Assembly (NCBI GenBank): GCA_003344405.1
Contig: NOWV01000245.1
Coordinates: 1-64,000, forward strand
Length of the DNA stretch: 64,000 bases
From: Trichoplax sp. H2
Lineage: Eukaryota
Direction: 5' to 3'
Shown: positions 1 through 11,150 of the stretch, piece after piece
How the letters are laid out: every line of letters starts with the position of its first letter
Position numbering within the stretch: the first letter of the stretch is position 1
Position numbers and translations under genes: made by a program
The notes under the pieces: model-generated
Told to the model about the DNA's origin: nothing
The model's database searches: none
What the model saw: only the letters and a program-made list of their open reading frames with translations

Positions 1-483
1 GTTTATTAATCAAAACTAGCCCAAATACCCTAGACTAAGGCAAAGTATCGAAGTTCTCTGGATCGTTCTTGTTCTAACAACTATCCTTACTATGACTCTT
101 TATTTACTCGTATCCATTGATCATGATCATTTATTGTCACAGTTTTAATAATGGAATTAATGCTTATCTAGTCTAGGGCGTTAGATCCATGGGATTGCAA
201 TAGGTGATTACATTACTATCTGAAGATTAGTATTTGATCTATTCAACATCGTCTAAATCAATCCTTAAAGTGATGAAAGGCTTGGAGACTGCATGACTGA
301 AAATAAATGAACTATTGTGCAAGTTAATCGAGGTAACAACAGATGGAGAGCAATATCTGATTTCTTGTCATGAACTCAATTGAATACGATCATCGTCTAA
401 GGGGTAATGGGAAAAAGTGACTGGTTGAATTATCCAATGTTCTGAAATAGCAAAATTGAAAGAAGACTATCCCAACAACTGAC

Positions 484-529
484 CTTCTGGCGCTTTCTTG
501 GGATTGAGCCATCTAGTAAAGAGCGCCAT
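484..529 (-). CDS. Putative first coding exon of an unidentified gene running off the left edge (MALFTRWLNPKKAPE, phase-1 donor)
   Basis: Minus strand reads AAG-ATG-GCG (strong start context), 15 open codons, then CCAGAAG|GTCAGT, a good donor. GC-richer promoter-like DNA lies upstream (530-750). No convincing second exon was found inside the window. Confidence 0.35.
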
Positions 530-755
530 CTTCTCATCGACGACGTATGGCCTCCAACTTGAGTGGGAAAATGATCAGTAGTGGCTACAACTAGATTACA
601 TTAAAATATGCGTCGGCGTGATGGAAACTTAGAGGGGACGTTCCCGCACAGTCGAGACGTAGAGTGCTACAATATGTGTCAGAGTACCCAATTCTGTTGT
701 GTACAGGATTGCGTTATCTTATACTGTCCTCTCTACAATACAGTACTGTACAATG

Positions 756-2056
756 GAAAATTAGAGCGAGAACAATACACAACATGTACTGAGTGCTCTA
801 CCGATAGAAATCTTGTATGAAATCGATGCTGTAGATTGACTCCTAGACTTTCTACTGATGTCATTTGATTTATTGATTGATGGATGTTGTTAGATTGGAT
901 TGAATTTCCATCTAGCCAGTTGTGCTTCTGTTGAGGCGTTGTAAAGGTATCGTAAATACTTTTGCCGTGTGCACATTCTTACTAACAAGAATCTCAAGAC
1001 GGAGGAGGATAAAAGCCGCGACTGCGAATGATGACGATCGATCTCAAGCGTCATCATGATTAGTCCATGTGTAGACCCTGCCAATTTATAAGAATAGACT
1101 GCTACAAGAACCAGTATAGAATATGAAAATCCTTCATTATAGAGTCGCAATGAGTTTCATCTATTATTACCATATTGTGGACTCGAATCGACACTGGTCA
1201 GACTGGTGTACAACTNNNNNNNNNNNNNNNNNNNNGAAAATTAGAGCGAGAACAATACACAACATGTACTGAGTGCTCTACCGATAGAAATCTTGTATGA
1301 AATCGATGCTGTAGATTGACTCCTAGACTTTCTACTGATGTCATTTGATTTATTGATTGATGGATGTTGTTAGATTGGATTGAATTTCCATCTAGCCATT
1401 TATGCTTCTGTTGAGGCATTGTAAAGGTATCGTAAAAACTTTTGCCGTGTGCACATTCTTACCGATAGAAATCTTGTATGAAATCGATACTGTAGGTTGA
1501 CTCCTACACTTTCTACTGATGTCATTTGATTTATTGATTGATTGATGTTGTTGGATTGGATTGAATTTCCATCTAGCCAGTTGTGCTTCTGTTGAAGCGC
1601 TGTAAAGGTATCGCAAATACTTTTGCCGTGTGCACATTCTTACCGATAGAAATTTTGTATGAAATCGATACTGTAGATTGACTCCTACACTTTCTACTGA
1701 TGTCATTTGATTTATTGATTGATGGATGTTGTTGGATTGGATTGAATTTCCTTCTAGTCCTTTGTGCTTCTGTTTGAGGCGCTGTAAAGGTATCGCAAAT
1801 ACTTTTGCTGTGTGCACATTCTTACTAACAAGAATCTCAAGACGGAAGGATAAAAGCTTCGACTGCGAATGATGACGATCGATCTCAAGCGTCATCATGA
1901 TTAGTCCATGTGTAGGCCCTGCCAATTTATAAGAATAGACTGCTACAAGAACCAGTACAGAATATGAAAATCCTTCATTATAGAGTCGCAATGAGTTTCA
2001 TCTATTATTACCATATTGTGGACTCGAATCGACACTGGTCAGACTGGTGTACAACT
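756..2056. repeat. Duplicated block (756-1215 vs 1236-2056) across an N-gap, containing a ~181-bp tandem unit (1 copy left, 3 copies right)
   Basis: Both blocks start GAAAATTAGAGCGAGAACAATACAC and end CACTGGTCAGACTGGTGTACAACT. Unit starts (TACCGATAGAAA) are at 799 on the left and at 1279, 1460 and 1641 on the right. Confidence 0.93.
1216..1235. other. Assembly gap (20 N)
   Basis: Run of 20 n characters. Confidence 1.
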
Positions 2057-3033
2057 TCGAAACTACTGTACTGTACACTATATCGCACTACTTGACGATA
2101 TTATCGTCACTGCAAACGTATGCAAGACGAGCTGTAATTCTCTCCACCAATACAGTAAAAAGATGGAAAATTTTTCTACATTTCTGAACAGTTATTTATG
2201 ATTCATTTGTGTTATACCATTTCCTATGTAAAATAGCATGGTCTCCAACAGGGCCGTCCCAATGATTCACATTGAAAGTATAGTCTAGAGAATGATTTGT
2301 ATATACTACTCAATAAAGTCTGGGATTTATTAAGTAGTGACTTAGTAGTCCATGACATGACTGCACATATAACTTCGAAATTAAAGCCTAATTTCAGTAC
2401 TTCAATCCACAACGAGATCATTTTACTTATGAACTCTTCATTATCTTATTAAATACAGCGGAAAGTAATTAACTAAAGCTATAGCAAAATCGTCAAATGA
2501 CTTTCTTCTTCATCCAATCTACAGTGTACAGTGTACAGTACTGCACGGACAGTAGTCAAAATCCGTACTGTACACTCTGCCATGACTGTGATTCAGTGTG
2601 GTACTGGTACTGAACTAGGACCGTACTGGTACCTTCTTTCTACCATTTGACTGACTTCCAAACACATCCACGCCCAAAACACTCGTCAGCGATAAGGAGT
2701 TAAAGCACTTGCTACGGTGTTGGAGCTCATGTAACATTGTTTACAGACTGGATTAACAAGTTGCTGCTGAGGTCTAATGAGACTGATCGGGATTCGAGCC
2801 AGCATAACAGCAGCAGTAGTTGGTCATCTGATTTGCCCTTCTACAGTTCTACTTGCAGCCTTTTGCTGTTTTATACTGGGCAGCAAGTAATTCTAGACCT
2901 GTTTTATTGGCAAGTGCATGCTCGTAAAGGTGAATGGTACACTTGTAGGTGAAGACTAGCTCGATTGTTTACCGACTGCAGGAAAATTATATTACAGTTC
3001 TACAGTAATCTCTCTCCAAAGCAAATTCTAACT

Positions 3034-3756
3034 ATGGCTCTTAAAATGACAGTGGAAGAATTTCAAGAGCAGGAAGAATCTACTGCTGATGGTTGGCGAA
3101 ATATGTGGGAAAATGGCCAGTTAGATCAATCTGCTGAAAAAGTTCAAGCACAACTCGTTCAATTTCATAGTTTACTTCTAGCACCACAGCGTACCAATCG
3201 AATTTTTGTGCCAATGAGTGGTAAAACTAAGGATTTATTGTGGTTGGCTGGTAAAGGAGCTACCGTTGTGGGGACTGAATTTGCTGCTTATGCATGTGAA
3301 AGCTTTTTCAAGGACAACAATGTTCCTTTTGATGTTGTAGATCTGGATGGTGTCAATGGGAAAGTGTACTTTAGTACCGATGATAAATTAAACATCACTA
3401 TTTATCAATGTGATCATTATTTACTAACCTCATCTATGGTCGGTTTTACCTTTGACGGTGTATGGGATAGAGGGTCTTTTAACTCTGTGCCAACCAAAGA
3501 TCGCAACAAGTACGTTAATCATATGAAAACACTTTTAACCAGTACAGCAACGATGCTCGTTGTTGTCGTGGAATACGAAATTATCAGCCAGTCGGATGAA
3601 AGGCATAATATCCCAAGTGCTGAGGAATGCCTTCTTTCAGCGTTTGCACCGAGTGCAAACATTGAGAAAATCGATCGTTCTATCACTGAGTGGCAAGGTG
3701 ATAACAATCAGGTCATCCAAATGCCAGAAATTTTATTCAAAATTCATTTCAAGTAA
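3034..3756 (+). CDS. TPMT: Thiopurine S-methyltransferase (TPMT)-family SAM-dependent methyltransferase, copy 1, single coding exon, 240 aa
   Basis: TPMT motifs W..W..G, RIFVPMSGK..DLLWLA..G..VVGTE, IYQCD and FDGVWDRGS. ATG at 3034 aligns with the starts of the other two copies. The listed upstream TTG start lies inside a probable 5'UTR intron (acceptor TGCAG at 2977-2981). Confidence 0.9.
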   Translation: MALKMTVEEFQEQEESTADGWRNMWENGQLDQSAEKVQAQLVQFHSLLLAPQRTNRIFVPMSGKTKDLLWLAGKGATVVGTEFAAYACESFFKDNNVPFDVVDLDGVNGKVYFSTDDKLNITIYQCDHYLLTSSMVGFTFDGVWDRGSFNSVPTKDRNKYVNHMKTLLTSTATMLVVVVEYEIISQSDERHNIPSAEECLLSAFAPSANIEKIDRSITEWQGDNNQVIQMPEILFKIHFK

Positions 3757-5849
3757 TTGTAATTGGCCTAAAAGTTACTACGATCATCATTAGAGATGTT
3801 CTTTTAATTGTTGCGTCTTTTATATTCGTAAGCACATATATCCGTTTGTTACGAGCAATATCTGAAATCAGTCATTATTATAGAACTTTAATATCCACGG
3901 CATCCATGACTGTAATACAGTAATCTATGTTTGGTTATATTATTCAACTGCACATAATATTTCGATTCTAGGGTTACAAATGTTATTTCTCCTTCTCGGC
4001 AGAATACTGCGCCTAATACTATACGATAATATTTCTCAAGCTAGCCATAGTAATGCTGATCGATTATGTTAAAAAAGCATTTTATGGGTAACTGATCAAT
4101 GTAAGAATTAGAAAATACAGTAATTGGGGTTACTGATTGCATCTTTTTTCATTTCATTATTTTAAATATTAAATAGAAGCGCCTTATAATTTCAACGAAC
4201 TGGGTAAATTATACAATGTGCTCAACGATATCGGGCCATGTTAGCCATATCACGGAAATTACTATCTTGCTACATTGGCTACAGATTCAAGCCTTATAAT
4301 GTATTATTGCGCCTATATTAAATGCATTTGTACAGCAACAAAAACAACCGATTTTAATCTCTTAGGGCTTGAGGTATGACTAGAATACTTTGGATATTAA
4401 AATTTAGGGCTGTACTCACGTTTTCATTATCGCAAATGTACGCAATCACTTTACAAAAAGGATTCAAAATGAACATCTTTATGCTTCCAATTTTGGTCAT
4501 CCATTGCTGTCATAACTATACTAACTCAAGCCATAGAGTATTTCGCGATTGAAATATAGAGAAAATTTTTTCTGTAAAGTTGTCGATATTTTTAAATATT
4601 AATGATGGCACGCATCAGGAAGTCATATCACATTTATTAACCCGTTGTAGTATAATTATGTGGATTGTAAAGTCTTTAGGAGACTTAAATTATTTTTCTA
4701 CCAAACACAGCATGTACTATATGGATTACGATAAAGTTCATAACCACCAATTATTATCTATTAACTATCTGCCTTTAAATTACGCTGTCTAAGAATGAAT
4801 TAATCTACTGCACAATTAAGTTTACGATTTGGCAGTTATATATTGGCTTAGTAATTATTTGTATGTCTTAGATAAAATGCAATAAAGGTTACTAACCCAT
4901 TATATTTATGACTTAGATACGAAAATAAACCACATTGTATTGCAGAAGTAGTAGTAATCTACTCTAGCATTCTGTTAATACAGTATGTATATGTATTCAC
5001 TGTCAGTTAATGTTAGTTAATTAGACGATAATCAATTTAACATTATTATAGTTCTAAATCAGACACAAGTAGAACCATGGCAAAATAACTCCTAGCTCTA
5101 ATCAGTGTTGAAAATAGTTATTATAGTATGATTAATTTACAACTATAAACGATGATTTCGAAAATTTGATATCATTCTTAAGTTAGAAATCTTCTTTTTA
5201 TATTATATGGTACTAGATATCGTACTGTACTAATTATTGCTTTGTCTATAATCATGGTGATCATACTTGTAGTAAGACTATAGTTATGTAGGATTGCACA
5301 ACTTAAATTGATATGCATAACTTAAATAGATAATGATGAAAGTATGATAATATGAACTTAAAAACAGTTTTAATCAAGAGAAATAACTTCGGTTATAAAT
5401 AAAATAAAATTTAACATTTTTTTTATCAAAAATAAGTCCAGGATTGCAAGAAAAAGATTGAATCTATATCTTCTAGGCGGCAGCAGTGTCGCACTCCTTT
5501 TCACCGACTACTAGATATAGATTTGCATTATGAGGCTCTACTTATCGTTACTAATCTTTTAAAATAATAATAACATAGTCAGCACCGATATTCATTACTA
5601 TGTTCATAATCTTTAACAGGATTTAAAATGAATAGGAAACATATACTATACCCCTGCAATTTTAACACGAAGCATAAACCGCAGAACTAGCAATTGTATT
5701 AATTATTGTTTAGTTCGTTAATTTCGCTTTGCCTTGCAATCGAAATTTTTTCTTCTTTTACAATTTGGGAATTACAAGCTATACAACTTTCGTTTTCATC
5801 CTGGTAGTATCTAGCACTTAGCGTTGGTATTACTCTTTCTGCAAACTAT

Positions 5850-7415
5850 TCATTAGGTTACATCTTGCTGAGGTAACCTTTCAATTCCTTCACTGACCTG
5901 CTTCTCATCTCGATTCTCTTCATTTTCCTCCTTGATCGCGGCTTCCTTGAATATGCACCTTACTAAGCTAACCTTTCAATTCCTTCACTAATCTGCTTCT
6001 CATTTGAATCTCTTCATTTCCCTTCTTGATTGCGGCTTCTTTTGAGTGTGCACATGTAGCTTGCAATTCCTTACTTTCCATTTCATTTATCACTTGTTTG
6101 ATTTCTTCTAACTTTCTTTGCAATTTGACATTATCAAAATATTTTTTTTTCAATAGCTTGATTATCATATCTAATATCCCTTCAAGTAGTATTCGTTTAT
6201 TTTCTTGTATACTCTCCTTCAAAGTTCTATCTGTTATGTTTACCTTCTCAATGCTTTCAGGATTGGTTTTTCTTCGTTGTCAAATTCTTCATTCTCTTTC
6301 TTAACTACAGTTCTATGGGAGACAGGTAATCTTTTATTTTCAATTCGTTTAATAATTGCATGACATCTTTCGATTCCTTTTTTTAACTCGACCACCTCAA
6401 ACTTCTCATGTTCTAATTCTTTGGTTGTCAGATCCAATTTTTCTTCCGCTGATAATCGCTTGTCTTTTTCTTTTTGTAAATTGTCCGATAAAATTTTATT
6501 TTCTTGGGTTAATTTTTAATTTCTTCATTAGCTCGCTTCTTTTCACTTTGGACTTCTTCATTTTCTGCTTGTATTAAGACTGCTTCTGATTCTGCATGAA
6601 GAACCTGTAAATATTTAAATGCTTTGTCTTTATAATATTCGACTACTTCCGCATAGCCCGCGATTTTAAAACTGTCTATATATTTTAGCATTTTTCGAAG
6701 AACTCTATTTTTTACTTTCTCTAATTCATCTTCGAATGGTACCATCACACGTACCACATTGTCGACTTTTGGCTAAATTATTAAGTTAAGATTAAAATCC
6801 TCTTATGCTCAAATACTAATTATTTCGACGGTTACACAATTAACTTTTCCATACCTTTACAGCTTCGAAGTCTAGTTCATAATCTTTCTTTAAAGAGCGA
6901 AGTCCCTCATCGCACATCGCCATAACAATTCCCTGCAATATGATAAAAAGTGATAAAGTATTGGTTCGATACCGAAAACGATAATAATTTAGTTTATTAT
7001 TACCTTATGGGCCTTCCTTCTATCTGTAGTAATAGGGTATTAAATAAATTAAAATCTGTAAACGTTTTTGCCTACGATTCTAAAAATTTATGACTACTGT
7101 TCTGTTTCAAGGCCGGTTGGAATAATATAATACGCATGAATATCATAATTGTAAAAATAACCTTGTGAAGTCGTTCTGCACTTGGTAAAGTTGCGTAATG
7201 CGATCTGTCATTCGTTTTATAATCATACTGGAAAAGGCGACATCTTTTCTACGAATAGAGAATAATAATGATATTTTACACGACTGTTCTTCATTTACAT
7301 CAAATCAACGATAGTTTATTTCTCATCTAATTTACCTTAATGTAGCGTAATACTTCCGGACAAGTCATGACATGGTTAAATACGTTTTTAACTTCCAGCT
7401 TTTCGGAGTTGCAGT
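5850..7415 (-). pseudogene. Decayed multi-exon gene for a K/E-rich coiled-coil protein (family unrecognised)
   Basis: GT-AG-bounded exon candidates at 7336-7415, 7162-7227, 7004-7023 and 6855-6932, and a long exon starting at 6772. Three consecutive ORFs (6509-6757, 6240-6437, 5968-6222) join into one coiled-coil frame if single-base frameshifts near 6515, 6268 and 6005 are corrected. There is an internal ~95-bp duplication (5874-5960 vs 5969-6056) and in-frame stops near 5962-5967. Confidence 0.65.
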
Positions 7416-8813
7416 CTAAGGTTACAGTTATAGGTTCTAAGTTCTAATAATGAATCATAGACTATAAATTATCAGCATGTTATGTTATCAAAATGCTTGT
7501 CTGTATCGTGTCTAGCAATTGAGTCAACTTTAATATCTTTATCGGACAACGCTGCTAAGTAACAAAACGATTCGTTACTATTACAGGTAGAATCTTTTCA
7601 AAAAGGAAAGTCTTAAGACCTCTTCGGTTTTGCTTCACACGATCATTCAATTACTCGGCTAATGTATGTACAGGACAACCTTCAATAAAGTCAATGATGT
7701 AATAGCGAAGTGCGAGCTGCATTTTATGGAAAGTATCACTAGTCAACCTCAAGATCCACCATAATAGTCACTGCAGGCATATGCAAAACAGGCTGCGATC
7801 ATCCCACTCGTACAGTAGAATCATAGAAAGTATTTTTGACTTTACTGAACAGTTCTTTATTTTTTTGTCTATAAAATTCCAGGGTCTACAGCAGCAGGGA
7901 CCGTCCGAAGTAAGTACTGTATAAACACATCATGCCCATTTAAAACTAATTCTCCAGAATTTAAGGGGAAAAAGCTAAAAAATTGGCCTTTTTACTGGAC
8001 AGTGGTCCGATATTTTCAGATTAATCTCCAGGCTATAATTAGTACGGAAATATTTGTGTTGGAGTTTTGTTCAGAATATGTTGACAAATAAGATGGGCCA
8101 GGATCGTATAGAAGGGTGGGTTTAGGGCAGAGAGCGAGAGTAGCTTCTCAGATTTGCTAACATGAGGATTCCTAGAAGAATGTTCTACTATTAGCTATAG
8201 CCTTTTTATTGCTCATATTCTGTAATCTTTTTATGGATGTAATAAAGTTATTCTTATCCTAAGGCAGTCAGTCTCAGCATTACTGTGAACCAGTAGTTTG
8301 GAATAGTTTAGGAGTAACAATTATTACAGGTCCAAATTGCAAAGCTACTCACTGCCGATGACTTTATTTATTTGCACTCAGAAGTCCATAAATAAACTCG
8401 AAGGTTTCTACGAATGCTGTAACTATGGTGTGCATAGAGCACAGCATACGCCCCAGGCGTACCCCAATCCTCAACTCGTTAAGGTAGGGCGCATTATTAT
8501 TGACAAGCCCTTAAATAGACGGTCGAGGTTGCAGCTTGGAGACTGATCTTGCCAGTTTCCCAGCAGTAGGAGTGATTGGTTGGTCATCTTATTTCCCTTG
8601 TACAGTTCCACTTTCAGCCTTTTGCTATTTTATACTGGGCAATAGGCAGTCATTAATTATAGACCAGTTTTATGGGTAAGTTCGTGTTCGTGAGGAAAGA
8701 GTAATCTGTCTGGATCGTGGAACTAAAATTAGTCATCTGTACTCTACACTGGAAGACGAGCTTAATTATTTACCAATTGCAGGAAAATCATAATCACCCT
8801 AGATAGAAAGTGA

Positions 8814-9539
8814 ATGATGGCATTCAAAATGACAGTGGAAGAATTTCAAGAGCAGGAAGAATTTACTGCTGATGGTTGGCGAGATATATGGGAAAAGGGC
8901 CAGTTAGATCAATCTGCTGAAAAAGTTCAAGCACAACTCGTTCAATTTCATAGTTTACTTCTAGTACCACAGCGTACCAATCGAATTTTTGTACCAATGT
9001 GTGGTAAAGCTAAGGATTTATTGTGGTTGGCTGGTAAAGGAGCTACCGTTGTGGGGACTGAATTTGCTGCTTATGCATGTGAAAGCTTTTTCAAGGACAA
9101 CAATATTCCTTTTGATGTTGTAGATCTGGATGGCGTCAATGGGAAAGCGTACTTTAGTACCGATGATAAATTAAACATCACTATTTATCAATGTGATCAT
9201 TATTTACTAACCTCATCTATGGTCGGTTTTACCTTTGACGGTGTATGGGATAGAGGGTCTTTTAACTCTGTGCCAACCAAAGATCGCAACAAGTACGTTA
9301 ATCATATGAAAACACTTTTAACCAGTACAGCAACGATGCTCGTTGTTGTCGTGGAATACGAAATTATCAGCCAGTCGGATGAAAGGCATAATATCCCAAG
9401 TGCTGAGGAATGCCTTCTTTCAGCGTTTGCACCGAGTGCAAACATTGAGAAAATCGATCGTTCTATCACTGAGTGGCAAGGTGATAACAATCAGGTCATC
9501 CAAATGCCAGAAATTTTATTCAAAATTCATTTCAAGTAA
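8814..9539 (+). CDS. TPMT: TPMT-family methyltransferase, copy 2, single coding exon, 241 aa
   Basis: Same motifs as copy 1 but with the canonical Cys (VPMCGK). Only about 10 amino-acid differences from copy 1. Confidence 0.92.
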   Translation: MMAFKMTVEEFQEQEEFTADGWRDIWEKGQLDQSAEKVQAQLVQFHSLLLVPQRTNRIFVPMCGKAKDLLWLAGKGATVVGTEFAAYACESFFKDNNIPFDVVDLDGVNGKAYFSTDDKLNITIYQCDHYLLTSSMVGFTFDGVWDRGSFNSVPTKDRNKYVNHMKTLLTSTATMLVVVVEYEIISQSDERHNIPSAEECLLSAFAPSANIEKIDRSITEWQGDNNQVIQMPEILFKIHFK

Positions 9540-11150
9540 TTGTAATTGGCCTAAGTGTTACTACAATCATCATCAGCGATCTTTTTATGATTGCATCTTT
9601 TCTACGCGTATACCTGCAATCCCTCACTATTATTATCGAATTCTAATATCCACGGCATCCATGACTGTATTGCAGTAATCTATTTTGGAGAATGATTCAA
9701 TTGCCCATGCTATGCCTATTCTAAAGTTACAAATGCTATTACTCCTTCTTTGCAGAATATTGTACTTGATACTAGATGATAATATTTCTCATGGTAGTCA
9801 AAATTATGATGAATCGTTTTTGTTCAATATTTCATGGGTCGTTAATAAATGTAAAAATTAGCAAATGCAGTAATTAAGATTACTGATTGCATCTTGTTTC
9901 ATTTCATGACTTTAACTATTCAATTGGTGAGCCTTGTAATTTCAACAGTCTGAGTAAATTATATTTACTATACAAATAAATTAGATAATGTGCTTAACGA
10001 TATCGGCCCATGTTCGCCATATCCCGAAAATTGCTCTCTTGCTACATTAACTACAGATTCTAGCCTTATAATGTCCCCTTGTGCCTATATTTTTTAAAGG
10101 CGTTTACAGAGCAACAAAAGCAACCATTTTGAATCCGTTAAGGCTTGAGGTATGATTAGGATACCTTGGATGTTGAAACTTAGGACTGTACTCACGTTTT
10201 CATGGTCGCAAGCGTACAAAGCTATAGTGTATTTCGTGATTAAAGCATTACGAAAAATTCTCCCCTGAAGTTGTCAATATTTATTTATAATTATCAATGA
10301 TGCAATTTATCTACAAGTCATAGTACAATTAACTCAACTACTGTATGACTTTAAAAGACCGATACAAGTATTGCATGCCATATATTGGAAAGTATTTTAT
10401 TGCTGTTAACAGCTGCATGAAAATCAGTAACGAGAGACTTGTAACTTAATACCGTTGAATAATTGAGTGGATAAATATAGCCGTATGGGAGGCTTATTCA
10501 GTAAGTGTAGCTACTATTAACGAAAAATCGTAGGAATGAGACGAGTGCAACTCAAAGTAGGTAGAGAGACAGCAAAGTATTTTCCAATTATTGCTGTTAA
10601 AAGATCAAAATATTCTCTAGTAAACTTGTTTAGGCGTCAAGGACATCGTAACAACTCCAATGATAGGAAATAGGTAGCAATACCGATCATAAAAATGATC
10701 CATTTTATGCGCATCACCATTCTACAACTATAATTAGTAGAATGGATGCCATTGAATGATAATAGTACTGCACACTATCTACCGCAACAGATATTAAGTT
10801 TGAACCAAGATTATAATTGGTCAATATTAAGACACCAAAATTGATATAGAACCTCATGTTATGATTATTACATTATTATTTTAGTTAGTCCTTAGAGGTA
10901 CTCGTGAGTAATAAGATTATATAATAAAAGCTATAAGAGACCATTGTAGAAAAAAATCTAGCAGCTTATACTAATACCGTACTTATTCGAATTAGAATAT
11001 CTAGTAAAGTTTTGACAGACATTGAAAAGTGCCTTTCAAGTTCTATTAGTACCTGAATTAATTAAAACAAGCCCACTGCAGTCCATACGATAAATTAGAG
11101 AACACTGCAGTCAAATATGATCAATTAGAGAAAATATACGAGCATTTGTT

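Larger units (their letters stand above)
2105..10320 (+). repeat. Tandem segmental duplication carrying TPMT-like copies 1 and 2 (about 2105-4630 vs 7768-10320)
   Basis: Homologous upstream patches (2108-2260 vs 7769-7910; 2778-2925 vs 8538-8692), near-identical CDSs at offset 5783, and clearly diverged but alignable 3' flanks (3772-4630 vs 9555-10320). Confidence 0.88.

Noticed and set aside
890..1991. ORFs of 86, 73 and 199 aa on the minus strand
   Set aside because: They lie entirely within the 181-bp tandem repeat and duplicated block, start at non-ATG codons or run through Ns, change frame between copies and show no protein motif.
2965..3033. 23-aa N-terminal extension of TPMT copy 1 in the ORF track
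   Set aside because: It starts at TTG and crosses a probable splice acceptor at 2981. The paralogues begin at the ATG equivalent to 3034.
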